In this document: positions 1 through 9,218 of the stretch, piece after piece | Position numbering within the stretch: position 1 is the first letter of the stretch | How the letters are laid out: every line of letters starts with the position of its first letter | Source: Ignavibacteria bacterium | Lineage (GTDB): Bacteria > Bacteroidota > Ignavibacteria > Ignavibacteriales > Ignavibacteriaceae | Assembly: GCA_017302895.1 (NCBI GenBank) | Contig: JAFLBV010000003.1 | Span: 71,115 to 135,114 of the forward strand | Direction of reading: 5' to 3' | Length of the DNA stretch: 64,000 nt | Program-made: the position numbers and the translations under genes | The notes under the pieces: generated by a model | Database searches by the model: none | What the model saw: only the letters and a program-made list of their open reading frames with translations | Told to the model about the DNA's origin: nothing

Positions 1-804
1 TGTACAAATGGTTTTGGCTGCCATCCACTGTGCGTCAGGGGCTACACCAACAGTATCACCTGATGCAGATCTTCCGACCATAGTGCCCATCGTATGAGTG
101 CCATGTCCGTCACAATCAGACGGTGTGGTTGTACCGGCACCCGGATCAAGCCATGCTTGATTAGCCGGTGCAAAATTGCCTCTCCACCTTGCAGCGAGTG
201 CCACATGCGTGTGACGGACACCGGTGTCTTCTCCCATTACAATGGTTCCGGCACCGGTAATACCCATCTGCCACAACAGATGTGCATTAATAATTTTTAC
301 TCCCGGCTCAACTGCTTCCTTTCCCTCAGATTTAGGTGCGTCCCTGAAATTTAAAGGTTTGTCGAGATAGGTCGGGACATCGAGATCCATGGCAACCAGA
401 TCCATGCTGTTGCCAAGTTCTTCAAAAACCGATTTTTTGGCTTCAACTGCTATCGCATTAATAACCCAGAATGGCTTAAATGTATAAACCGCTCTGTCAA
501 CAGATTTCGATTCAAGGTATTTGATCAGATTTCTTTGAGTGCCCGACGCTTTGTTCTGCAAGGCAGTTATTACGGTTTCAGCACGCAGTGAAGGGGAGGC
601 TTTCTGTTTATAAAGCTCCTGATCGAGTTTTAAAACATCAACCTGATCACGAAGAAAGATAATTCCCTTCACATATTCATCGTTACTGCTGTTTTGCAGT
701 GCCCGGTTTAAACGGGTGGAAACTTCGGGTTGCGAATACGCTGTCAGGAACAATCCCGACATAACCCAGAAAAACAGTAAGAGTTTTCTCACTATTGGCT
801 CCAT
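1..804 (-). CDS. S8 (subtilisin-like) serine peptidase, N-terminal 268 codons; ORF continues past the window start
   Basis: Absent from the ORF track because it is open to base 1. My reverse-strand translation from ATG 804-802 gives a signal-like MEPIVRKLLLFFWVMSGLFLTAYSQ and a propeptide-like segment. It then shows the catalytic Asp motif IVMGEDTGV and His motif DCDGHGTHTMGTMVG, with no stop down to base 1. Confidence 0.8.
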   Translation of the reverse strand, partial: MEPIVRKLLLFFWVMSGLFLTAYSQPEVSTRLNRALQNSSNDEYVKGIIFLRDQVDVLKLDQELYKQKASPSLRAETVITALQNKASGTQRNLIKYLESKSVDRAVYTFKPFWVINAIAVEAKKSVFEELGNSMDLVAMDLDVPTYLDKPLNFRDAPKSEGKEAVEPGVKIINAHLLWQMGITGAGTIVMGEDTGVRHTHVALAARWRGNFAPANQAWLDPGAGTTTPSDCDGHGTHTMGTMVGRSASGDTVGVAPDAQWMAAKTICT

Positions 805-1045
805 TGTTGTGTGATATATATTAGATGTGTAATGTTAAATTACAAAAAAAATCGGACTGTCACAACATAAATCAATCGGAATGTTGCTTTTTCATCCCGT
901 AAATTTTTTATGACCTATTGCCCGATTGAGAAAAAAATGTTAAGTTTCGGATATAAATCACCTTTAATTCTGTTCAGCGAAATGGAAAAGGAGTCCACAC
1001 ACAAATGCATCTAAATTTTCCCATCTTTCACAATTCCGAAAGGAA

Positions 1046-1076
1046 CCTCCCGGCTCTCTGCGCCCGGAGGTTTTTT
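1046..1076 (+). terminator. Terminator-like hairpin plus T6 inside the pyrR leader (candidate PyrR-controlled attenuator)
   Basis: Stem CCTCCCGG (1046-1053) pairs with CCCGGAGG (1063-1070) with one bulge, followed by TTTTTT at 1071-1076. It ends 5 nt before the pyrR ATG at 1082. A terminator abutting a start codon fits attenuation, the known control mode of PyrR-regulated pyr operons. Confidence 0.5.
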
Positions 1077-1081
1077 ATTAT

Positions 1082-1624
1082 ATGAACATCAAAGCAAAAA
1101 TTCTCGATCAGGAAGCCCTCCAACGAGTCGTGACCCGCATGGCTCATGAAATTGTTGAGAAAAACAAAGGAACCGATAATCTCATTATTATGGGATTAAG
1201 AACCAGAGGAGAGTACCTCGCCACACGATTAAAAAACAAAATCTTCGAAATTGAGAATGTAGAAGTACCTCTCGGCATTCTCGATGTCACCCTCTACAGA
1301 GACGATTTCCGCACCAGACTTAAACAACCACAGGTTTCCGTTTCCAATATCACTTTCGATATTACTGAAAAAAACATTGTCCTCGTTGATGATGTACTCT
1401 ATACGGGAAGAACAATCCGCTCGGCTCTCTGTGCAATCATGGATTTTGGAAGACCTGCGACCATAAAACTATGTTGTCTCGTCGACCGAGGTCATCGTCA
1501 GCTTCCCATAAAGGCAGATATCATCGGAAAGAACATCCCCACTTCAATTAATGAGGAAGTGAGAGTAAAACTCGTTGAGCACGACGGCGAGGATGCCGTT
1601 TACCTGGTTGAGGCTGAAAAATGA
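1082..1624 (+). CDS. pyrR: Bifunctional pyr operon regulator / uracil phosphoribosyltransferase PyrR
   Basis: 180 aa. It has the PRPP-binding loop VLVDDVLYTGRTIRSA and a PyrR-like N-terminus (ILDQEALQRVVTRMAHEIVEKN). It is the first gene of a pyrR-pyrB-pyrC string. Confidence 0.9.
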   Translation: MNIKAKILDQEALQRVVTRMAHEIVEKNKGTDNLIIMGLRTRGEYLATRLKNKIFEIENVEVPLGILDVTLYRDDFRTRLKQPQVSVSNITFDITEKNIVLVDDVLYTGRTIRSALCAIMDFGRPATIKLCCLVDRGHRQLPIKADIIGKNIPTSINEEVRVKLVEHDGEDAVYLVEAEK

Positions 1625-1646
1625 AAATTAAAAACGGAATAAAAAA

Positions 1647-2579
1647 ATGCAACTGAAAATTAAACACCTGCTCGGGCTCGAAAATGTGAGCAGTTCAGAT
1701 ATCCAGACCATTCTGGATACCGCTGTTTCCTTCAAGCAAGTGCTCGAGAGACCCATCAAAAAAGTCCCCACCCTGCAGGGAAAAACCATCGTTAACCTCT
1801 TTTATGAAAATTCCACCCGAACCAGAATATCCTTTGAACTCGCAGAAAAAAGACTCTCTGCGGATTCTGTAAATTTCTCCGTATCAGGCTCGAGTGTATC
1901 GAAAGGTGAAACTTTCAAAGACACAGTAAGAAACATTGAGGCTATGAAAGTCGACATGGTTGTCGTCAGACACGCCTCGGCAGGAGTTCCACTTTACCTG
2001 ACTAAAATAACCGACTCCATAGTTATAAATGCGGGAGACGGTATACATGAGCACCCGACTCAGGCACTTTTGGACATGTACTCAATCAGAGAGAAGTTTG
2101 GAAAACTCGAAGGATTGAAAGTGTGTATTGTGGGTGATATTGCTCATTCCAGAGTTGCATTGTCGAATATCTTTGGTCTAAAAGCGATGGGTGCCGATGT
2201 GTCTGTTTGCGGTCCGGCAACACTCATCCCTCGGAACATCTCGGATCTTGGGGTTAAAGTTATCCACAACATCGACGAGGCAATTCAGGAAAACGATGTT
2301 CTTAATATCCTTCGAATCCAACTCGAAAGAAAGGCAAAAGCATCATTTCCTTCAACCCGTGAATATCACAAGTTCTACGGAATAACAAAGGAAAGACTCG
2401 AAAAAAACAAGAAGGATGTTTTGCTCCTTCACCCGGGACCTATAAACAGGGGTGTGGAAATATCTTCCGAAATGGCTGATGGAGAGCACCAGATAATTCT
2501 TGAACAGGTTACAAACGGGGTTGCTGTAAGAATGGCAATCCTGTATCTTCTTGGAACCAGACATGGCGAGGAAAACTAA
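1647..2579 (+). CDS. pyrB: Aspartate carbamoyltransferase catalytic subunit
   Basis: 310 aa with ATCase motifs STRTR, HEHPTQAL and LHPGP. Confidence 0.93.
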   Translation: MQLKIKHLLGLENVSSSDIQTILDTAVSFKQVLERPIKKVPTLQGKTIVNLFYENSTRTRISFELAEKRLSADSVNFSVSGSSVSKGETFKDTVRNIEAMKVDMVVVRHASAGVPLYLTKITDSIVINAGDGIHEHPTQALLDMYSIREKFGKLEGLKVCIVGDIAHSRVALSNIFGLKAMGADVSVCGPATLIPRNISDLGVKVIHNIDEAIQENDVLNILRIQLERKAKASFPSTREYHKFYGITKERLEKNKKDVLLLHPGPINRGVEISSEMADGEHQIILEQVTNGVAVRMAILYLLGTRHGEEN

Positions 2580-2580
2580 C

Positions 2581-3855
2581 ATGCAAACATTATTAAAGAG
2601 CCTTCGTATCATTGATCCAGAACTTGGTCTCGATCTCATTTCTGATATCCTGATAGACGACGGTGTTATCACGAAAATTGCTCCTGAAATTGAATTAAAC
2701 GACTGGAATGTGGATATCCACGATTACTCCGGATGTGTAGCGGCACCCGGTTTTATCGACATTCATGTTCATCTCCGTGAACCCGGAAGAGAAGATGAAG
2801 AAACTGTGGAAACAGGATGTGTAGGAGCTGCAGCCGGCGGTTTTACAGCAGTTGCATGCATGCCAAACACCGATCCGGCGATCGATTCAGCCGAAATAGT
2901 TGAATCAATTATCGCAAAAGCAGCTAAAACACCCGTCGATGTATTTCCGGTCGCTGCCGCAACTATGGGTCGAAAAGGTGAAAGCCTCTCCCCTGTTGGT
3001 GAATTGAAGGAGGCCGGTGCAGTAGCTTTCTCTGATGATGGAGTCGCCATTAAAACAGCATCAATCCTAAGAAAAGTAATGGAATATGCCTCCATGTATG
3101 ACCTTCCTGTCATTGAACACTGTGAAGACGAGTCTCTTGCCGGTGGTTCGATGAATGAGGGATTAAATTCAACCCGCTTTGGGCTCACCGCGGTTCCACC
3201 GATAGCCGAGGAACTGACCGTTGCAAGAGATATCATGATGGCTGAGTACACAGGTGCAAAAGTCCACATAGCTCATATCTCAACCGCAAAGGCAGTCCAG
3301 CTCGTTAGAGAAGGAAAAGCTAAAGGAATTAAGGTAACGTCAGAAGTAACTCCACACCACTTTATTCTTACAGATGACTGCTTAGCAGATTACGACACCA
3401 ATTTCAAAATGAATCCTCCCCTTCGAACATCAGACGATGTGAAAGCAATGATTGAAGGCCTGAAAGACGGCACAATCGATTGTATAGCATCTGATCATGC
3501 ACCGCATTCCATTGAAGAAAAGGAAATGGAGTTTGAGTATGCTCCGAACGGTATTCTTGGACTTGAAACCACTCTAAGCCTCACTCTCCATCATCTTTAC
3601 CATGGTGGAGTCTTGTCTCTCAATCAGATTATTGAGAAACTGTCAGTTAATCCCAGAAAATTGCTTAAAATCCCAATACCTGCTGTAAAGGAAGGTGATA
3701 AGGCGAATTTGACGATTTTTAATCCCGATGCTGAACGAATGGTGAAAGTATCAAGATTCAAATCAAAATCGAAAAACTCCCCTTTTGATGGATATGTCCT
3801 AAAGGGCAGCCCGGTGGCAATCTTCAACAAAGGCAAACTGATCACTGCTGAATAA
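2581..3855 (+). CDS. pyrC: Dihydroorotase
   Basis: Metal-binding DIHVHLREPG and later SDHAPH. ATG 2581 lies 1 nt after the pyrB stop. The ORF-track start at 2551 would overlap pyrB by 29 nt, so I prefer 2581. Confidence 0.9.
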   Translation: MQTLLKSLRIIDPELGLDLISDILIDDGVITKIAPEIELNDWNVDIHDYSGCVAAPGFIDIHVHLREPGREDEETVETGCVGAAAGGFTAVACMPNTDPAIDSAEIVESIIAKAAKTPVDVFPVAAATMGRKGESLSPVGELKEAGAVAFSDDGVAIKTASILRKVMEYASMYDLPVIEHCEDESLAGGSMNEGLNSTRFGLTAVPPIAEELTVARDIMMAEYTGAKVHIAHISTAKAVQLVREGKAKGIKVTSEVTPHHFILTDDCLADYDTNFKMNPPLRTSDDVKAMIEGLKDGTIDCIASDHAPHSIEEKEMEFEYAPNGILGLETTLSLTLHHLYHGGVLSLNQIIEKLSVNPRKLLKIPIPAVKEGDKANLTIFNPDAERMVKVSRFKSKSKNSPFDGYVLKGSPVAIFNKGKLITAE

Positions 3856-3865
3856 ATTCTTTCAA

Positions 3866-3900
3866 GGGAGGCTGTTTTGTGCAGTCTCCCCGCTGTTTTC
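3866..3900 (+). terminator. Possible intrinsic terminator after pyrC
   Basis: GGGAGGCTG (3866-3874) pairs with CAGTCTCCC (3882-3890), 9 bp including one G-U. The following CGCTGTTTTC is only a weak T tract. Confidence 0.4.
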
Positions 3901-4049
3901 AAACAATTCTCCTCTTTTTTATACATCTGTTCAATTTTGTAAACAATCACCTGCCGTAAACTCCTTTAATACCGCCTGAAACAGCAATTATGGTTTTGGC
4001 ACAGTTGTTGCAGTATAAGTGCAGAAACATTTTAACAAGAGGTGATACC

Positions 4050-4859
4050 ATGAAAAAGACTGGTTTAATTTTAGCAATAGCAACAACAATCCTGCTTCTG
4101 TCGGGATGCAGATTCAGAAACGACTTCTTTAACGATCCGTATTATGACGATCGGGCTCCATCGGTTCCAAAAAATGTTGAAGTACTCAATGGTGACGGAG
4201 TTGCTACTGTCATCTGGGATCACAGCCCCGAATCAGATGTAAAAGGCTACAGAGTCTACTCTTCATCCAGCTTCAGTGGTCGATACGAATATATCGCAAC
4301 TGTTTATGGAAATCAGTATGACGATTATGGTGTAAGGAACGGTGACCAATATTTTTACGCTGTTACTGCTTACGATATTAACGGGAATGAATCAGACTTG
4401 AGCTACGAATATGCTTACGCAGTACCAAGACCCGAAGGTTTTGGAAAAATGCTGTACGAAGCCAATGCTTTCCCTGCATCTTCAGGATATGACTTCTCCG
4501 GATACAGAACTGTAGCATGGAACGCTCAGGATGCAGACTTCTTCTTCGAAAAGGTAAACGGGGTTTATTATCTATCGGTCTACGATGACACAGACATCAA
4601 AGACATGGGGACAACAAATAACATCTACGATATCGAATTCGCCCCTTCATCCGGGTGGGCTCCTGACAAAACCGCAAAAGTGTACGCCGGCAGAACATAT
4701 GTCTTCTGGTTATGGGATAACAAATATGCAAAGATCAGAGTAAAGTCGATATCAGCAGACAGAATAGTATTCGACTGGGCTTATCAGACAGTAGAAGGCG
4801 AACCGCAACTGAAGCCATCAGTAATAAAAGGCAAAAGACCAATCGCAAGGGTTCAATAA
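4050..4859 (+). CDS. Lipoprotein with fibronectin type III-like domain, function unknown
   Basis: MKKTGLILAIATTILLLSGC is a lipoprotein signal with a lipobox Cys, and AGAGG lies upstream of ATG 4050. The FN3-like segment is PSVPKNVEVLNGDG...GYRVYSS...YFYAVTAYDINGNES. The ORF-track start at 3990 adds 20 non-signal residues. Confidence 0.6.
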   Translation: MKKTGLILAIATTILLLSGCRFRNDFFNDPYYDDRAPSVPKNVEVLNGDGVATVIWDHSPESDVKGYRVYSSSSFSGRYEYIATVYGNQYDDYGVRNGDQYFYAVTAYDINGNESDLSYEYAYAVPRPEGFGKMLYEANAFPASSGYDFSGYRTVAWNAQDADFFFEKVNGVYYLSVYDDTDIKDMGTTNNIYDIEFAPSSGWAPDKTAKVYAGRTYVFWLWDNKYAKIRVKSISADRIVFDWAYQTVEGEPQLKPSVIKGKRPIARVQ

Positions 4860-4889
4860 TTAAACTTAACTCCTTACACGGAGACTGAA

Positions 4890-5330
4890 ATGAAAACTCT
4901 AACTCAATCCTTAATTCTTCTGACGCTCCTGACCTTCGGGTTGGGAGCTCAGGTTTATAACTTCGACAACAATAAAGCCGGGCAGAAGTTTCCAAACCCG
5001 CAAGGAGTCCTGCAGGAGATCGAATCCGGTATCAATAAAGGCGATGCATCACTCTTCACAAAATATTTATCCGAGAATTCCTACATAAATCTTCCAAATG
5101 GCGTTTCAGGCTATTTTAGCAGCAACCAATCTTTTTATATTTTGAAAGACTTTTTTAAAACTTTTGTTCCTGTTTCCTTTTCATTCACTGAAACAGGTAA
5201 CAGCAGAAACCCCGTGGCTACGGGAAGGTTGAAATTCGATCAAAATGGAAAGAGAGATAGTGCTACTGTTTATATCGCCTTGTCGTTTGAAGGTAACTCT
5301 TGGAGGATAACTCAACTTTCCGTCAATTAA
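4890..5330 (+). CDS. Small secreted protein, DUF4783-like (NTF2/SnoaL-like fold guess)
   Basis: 146 aa with signal peptide MKTLTQSLILLTLLTFGLGAQ. The family assignment is from memory of similar Bacteroidota proteins and was not searched. Confidence 0.5.
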   Translation: MKTLTQSLILLTLLTFGLGAQVYNFDNNKAGQKFPNPQGVLQEIESGINKGDASLFTKYLSENSYINLPNGVSGYFSSNQSFYILKDFFKTFVPVSFSFTETGNSRNPVATGRLKFDQNGKRDSATVYIALSFEGNSWRITQLSVN

Positions 5331-8300
5331 CCGGTGCCGGAATTCATGGTATCTTTTTCAGATTCCGGAAGTCAGTATTAATTGCTGCTTCCGGAATACT
5401 TTTTTTAATACTTCTTCTTTTTTATCACTCCGAAAACACAGACTTCTCCGGCAATAAAGCTGTCGACCAAAAAGTTAAAGATTCATTTATTGAAGCCTTT
5501 CACAATGAATACAAAACACTGGAGAATTACCACAGCAACCTGATTAAAAAAATTTCGCTGAAAGGCATAAATGCCTTCACAACTGATGAAAGCCGGAATA
5601 AATCCAATTCTGCGTTTTTTTCTTTGGATGGCAAGTTTGTCGCAGGATTCTCTCTCCTCTCTCAACTTGACAAGGAACAATTTCTTAAGTTAAAAAAAGA
5701 GAGATCCCTCATCCTCTTAAATTCCTTAAGGGCAGACCTGGCGTTATCATCCGAAATAAATTTTCAGGGATCGCGTTACATTCTGGTTTCTGTCACATTA
5801 ATCGACAAATTTTATTCTCTCAAGAATCAGTACGATGATCCGGATAATTTCTTCACAAGTTTTGAAAAGAAAACAGGAACAACCGTTTCGATCACAGGTT
5901 CCGGGGGTAAAAATATTCTTCAGCTTACATCACCAGATGGAAGAGTGCTGGCTGAAGTTGCGCTTGAAAATTCTGATTCGAGCCGAATAAAATCGTCCGT
6001 GTTCCTGACTGTATTCAGAATATTTCTCTTTGTGGCTTCCACGCTTCTGCTGTTTCATGCCTGCTATCTGTTTATCACCGGGGCGAAAAGTAAATTTAGA
6101 ACCGGCTTGGAGACGGTGAAACCGGGATATTTATTTCCCGGAGTGCTTATCGCACTTTTTGTGGTTTTGTCTCTAAGAATATTTCTCCTGAACTTCGATG
6201 CCGGAATTCTGCTCGGACTCAAAGATTTTGACAACCCTGCAAACTATTCTTCTCCATTTGGTTTTGGTGTTGCGGGTTCTCCGGTCAATCTTCTTATCAC
6301 TTCATTTTTAGGGACAATTTTTACCGCCACTCTCCTTTCTGCCGTAATTCGAAACAACAGGAAACAGAGTAACCACCCGTCAATACTGGCAATAAGGGCA
6401 TTTATATCAATTTTCCTGTCAGTTCTTCTCCTCAGAGGATTTGCCGCAGTTCAGCGAAGTATAGTCTATGACAGCTCCCTTCGCTACTTTATGGGAGACT
6501 CGATACTTCCCGGAAAAGATGTTATCCTCATGAACATCAGCATTCTGATGGCATCATTTACGCTTGTGTCTCTGACTGTAATGTTCATAGCTTCAGCGAT
6601 AAACTCCCTTCATCTGTCATTGAACAGATTGAAATTCGCTTCGACACCCGGTATTCTGTTGCCGGCTCTTAAGATTATTGCAGTGGTTGTATCAATACTC
6701 CCCGGGCTGCTTTATTTTGCAGTGTTCGAGAAGGAGATGATTCTGCCACTTCCGTCACTTCTGATTTCTCTGTTGCTGCTGGTGGCAGTCTATTTTGTCC
6801 TCGGAAAACAAAACGCGCTCGTTTCAACTTTCCTTGTCATCGCACTCATATCTTCAACCTCCTCCATAATTTTGTTGAGCAAGTTCAACGAAGACCTTGA
6901 GAAAGATTCCCTTAAGAAAATTGCATTGGAGATCAACAGACCAACTGACACTTTTATGCGCTTTTTGGTACAGCAATCTCTTTCTGTTGTCTTGCGAATG
7001 AATGTATCACCTCAAAACAATGAGGCAACCTTAACGGGAATGGCTTTTAGAGTCTGGTCGGGCAGCATTTTAAACGGTGAAGTATACCCGTGCAAAATTT
7101 CAATCTATAGAGGAGCCACACAAAAAGATATTTTCTCTCCCTTCGGTATTCCGTCACTCAACGAGTTTAATGACGCACCCGACACTTCCCTGACGGATAT
7201 TGCGATACGGGACTCGGCGGTCAGCGAAGGAAAACTGATAACAGGTGCAATTCCTTTTGCAGAGAGCGATTCCACAAAATATTTTGCCGTCGTAACGATA
7301 TTAAAACGGGATTTCCATGTACCCGGCGCCGGAATCCCCCTCTTTATGCGTCCTGAAACCAACCCTGTAAATGATATCATAGATCTTAGGCGCATGTCAA
7401 TTTTCAAGTTCGTAAATGATACCCCGATCGGAAGTTTTGGAGCGGTACAAATCCCGGACAAAGAAATAGTAAATATCAGAGACAAGTATAAATCAGGAAG
7501 AGTAGAGGAACTTTACCGGACAACCATCTCCGGTCAGGAGGCAAGTATATTTTACCTGCTCTCAAATCAGGGGGAATTAAACAGTCTCACTGTGTTGATA
7601 CTCAAGGATAAAGACCCTGTGAGAATTCTCTTCAACTTCTTTAAATTGTTCTTTCTTCACTCGCTTTTCATCCTCTTGCTTCTGCTTGTAGTCGCGATCG
7701 TAAGGTTCAGAAAGATTTACGAACTTTTCTTCAGGTTCAGATTTCAGTTGACAGTCAGTTTTATGATTATGTCGGCAATTCCGATTTTAGCTCTTGCACT
7801 TTTTAACCGGGATAATCAGGCATCAGTTGATGAAAAAAACAGATATTTTGCCCTGAAATCAAGAGCCGAGAAGGTTAAACAGATTGTGCAGACTCTGGAG
7901 CCGGGCAGCTCATCATTGAACCTGACGGGCATTCCCTCATCCATATACAGAGACGGGAAATTGTTTTTTATATCACCAAATGAAGCCAAGGCACCCTTCA
8001 TTCCCGGATATCTGCAGTTACCGGCCAGCTCCCCGGGACTGGTACCGGTCGAGGACTTTTTCCTCACACAACACTTCGACAGATATAAATACTTCTCATT
8101 TTCCCATTCCTGGCTCAACAACGGGAAGATTTTTACCGTTCTTGTGAACGATATCTCAGACAGGGATGAACAGTCACTAACGCTCCTTGAATTTGATGTT
8201 TTTCTGTTTGGAGTCTACTCTCTAGCAATTATTCTGACCTCCATTCTTGCTACTTTCATTTCGGGAAGGATTTCCTCTCCCCTACTAAAGCTGACGAAAG

Positions 8301-9103
8301 CCACCAATTCAGTTGCTTTGGGTAATTTTGATTATGACATCTCTTCAGGCAATAAAGGCGAAATTGGCGAGTTGATCAGGGGATTTCGATATATGACCGA
8401 TGAGTTGAAAAAAAATCAGGATGAAATAGCACTTCTCGAACGGGAAGCTGCCTGGAAGGAGATGGCAAAACAAGTTGCACATGAAGTTAAAAACCCCCTT
8501 ACACCCATGAAATTGAGCGTTCAGCACTTGCTTTCCGCTTATAAGGATGGTGCACCAAATCTGCCCGAACTCACTGAGAAAATTCTTGTTTCCATTCTTA
8601 AGCAGATAGAAATACTTAATCAGACGGCATCAGAGTTTTCGCGTTTCGCGAAAATGCCAGGATTTCAGCCACACCCTGTGAACATTTCATCCCTTATTCT
8701 GGAAATAAAAGATCTGTATACAGGCTCTCCACTAAGATTTGAATTTCGAAGTGAGCTTGATAATGCTTTTATCCTGGGTGACGAATCTTACTTCAAAAGA
8801 TCGATGATCAATCTTATCAAAAATGCAATCCAGGCAGGAGCTTCATCTGTCACAGTTAAACTCACTCAAATCGAAAACGAGTATGAATTGACCGTTCTGG
8901 ATAACGGAAAAGGCATCACCGAAGAAACAGCTTCCAAAATTTTTGAGATTAACTTTACCACAAAAGTAACAGGCACAGGGCTGGGATTAAAACTGACCCG
9001 AAGGTTTGTAGAATCTGTTGGGGGATCAATCGAACTTCTGAAAAGTGAAGAGGGCACACTTTTCAAGATGAAATTCCCGGTTTATAAGGAGAAACTTGAT
9101 TGA
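5300..9103 (+). CDS. Large multi-pass membrane sensor histidine kinase (NtrY-like transmitter core)
   Basis: 1267 aa with many hydrophobic helices in two blocks and a HAMP-like linker (GEIGELIRGFRYMTDELKKNQ). It carries the H-box AHEVKNPLTPMK, N-box LINLIKNAIQAG, G1 VLDNGKGI and G2 GTGLGLKL. The track start is TTG and overlaps the previous gene by 31 nt, so the true start is uncertain. Confidence 0.85.
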   Translation: MEDNSTFRQLTGAGIHGIFFRFRKSVLIAASGILFLILLLFYHSENTDFSGNKAVDQKVKDSFIEAFHNEYKTLENYHSNLIKKISLKGINAFTTDESRNKSNSAFFSLDGKFVAGFSLLSQLDKEQFLKLKKERSLILLNSLRADLALSSEINFQGSRYILVSVTLIDKFYSLKNQYDDPDNFFTSFEKKTGTTVSITGSGGKNILQLTSPDGRVLAEVALENSDSSRIKSSVFLTVFRIFLFVASTLLLFHACYLFITGAKSKFRTGLETVKPGYLFPGVLIALFVVLSLRIFLLNFDAGILLGLKDFDNPANYSSPFGFGVAGSPVNLLITSFLGTIFTATLLSAVIRNNRKQSNHPSILAIRAFISIFLSVLLLRGFAAVQRSIVYDSSLRYFMGDSILPGKDVILMNISILMASFTLVSLTVMFIASAINSLHLSLNRLKFASTPGILLPALKIIAVVVSILPGLLYFAVFEKEMILPLPSLLISLLLLVAVYFVLGKQNALVSTFLVIALISSTSSIILLSKFNEDLEKDSLKKIALEINRPTDTFMRFLVQQSLSVVLRMNVSPQNNEATLTGMAFRVWSGSILNGEVYPCKISIYRGATQKDIFSPFGIPSLNEFNDAPDTSLTDIAIRDSAVSEGKLITGAIPFAESDSTKYFAVVTILKRDFHVPGAGIPLFMRPETNPVNDIIDLRRMSIFKFVNDTPIGSFGAVQIPDKEIVNIRDKYKSGRVEELYRTTISGQEASIFYLLSNQGELNSLTVLILKDKDPVRILFNFFKLFFLHSLFILLLLLVVAIVRFRKIYELFFRFRFQLTVSFMIMSAIPILALALFNRDNQASVDEKNRYFALKSRAEKVKQIVQTLEPGSSSLNLTGIPSSIYRDGKLFFISPNEAKAPFIPGYLQLPASSPGLVPVEDFFLTQHFDRYKYFSFSHSWLNNGKIFTVLVNDISDRDEQSLTLLEFDVFLFGVYSLAIILTSILATFISGRISSPLLKLTKATNSVALGNFDYDISSGNKGEIGELIRGFRYMTDELKKNQDEIALLEREAAWKEMAKQVAHEVKNPLTPMKLSVQHLLSAYKDGAPNLPELTEKILVSILKQIEILNQTASEFSRFAKMPGFQPHPVNISSLILEIKDLYTGSPLRFEFRSELDNAFILGDESYFKRSMINLIKNAIQAGASSVTVKLTQIENEYELTVLDNGKGITEETASKIFEINFTTKVTGTGLGLKLTRRFVESVGGSIELLKSEEGTLFKMKFPVYKEKLD

Positions 9104-9218
9104 TCAATTCTTTATTTTTTATACCGGCATGCAATATTTCGAATTTGCTTCGTAAATTTGGCTCTGACATTCTGACATAAATCAACCTATACTAAACCTG
9201 ACCGCAGAGGATAAATAA

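Noticed and set aside
94-354. 86-aa plus-strand ORF at the window start
   Set aside because: It lies antisense inside the S8 peptidase reading frame, which has clear catalytic motifs. Its Cys/Arg-rich sequence matches no family.
3990-4049. Upstream in-frame starts for several genes (3990, 18893, 23380, 45087, 46779)
   Set aside because: In each case a downstream ATG immediately precedes a canonical signal peptide, Rossmann motif or conserved N-terminus. The upstream extensions add non-signal residues or use TTG.
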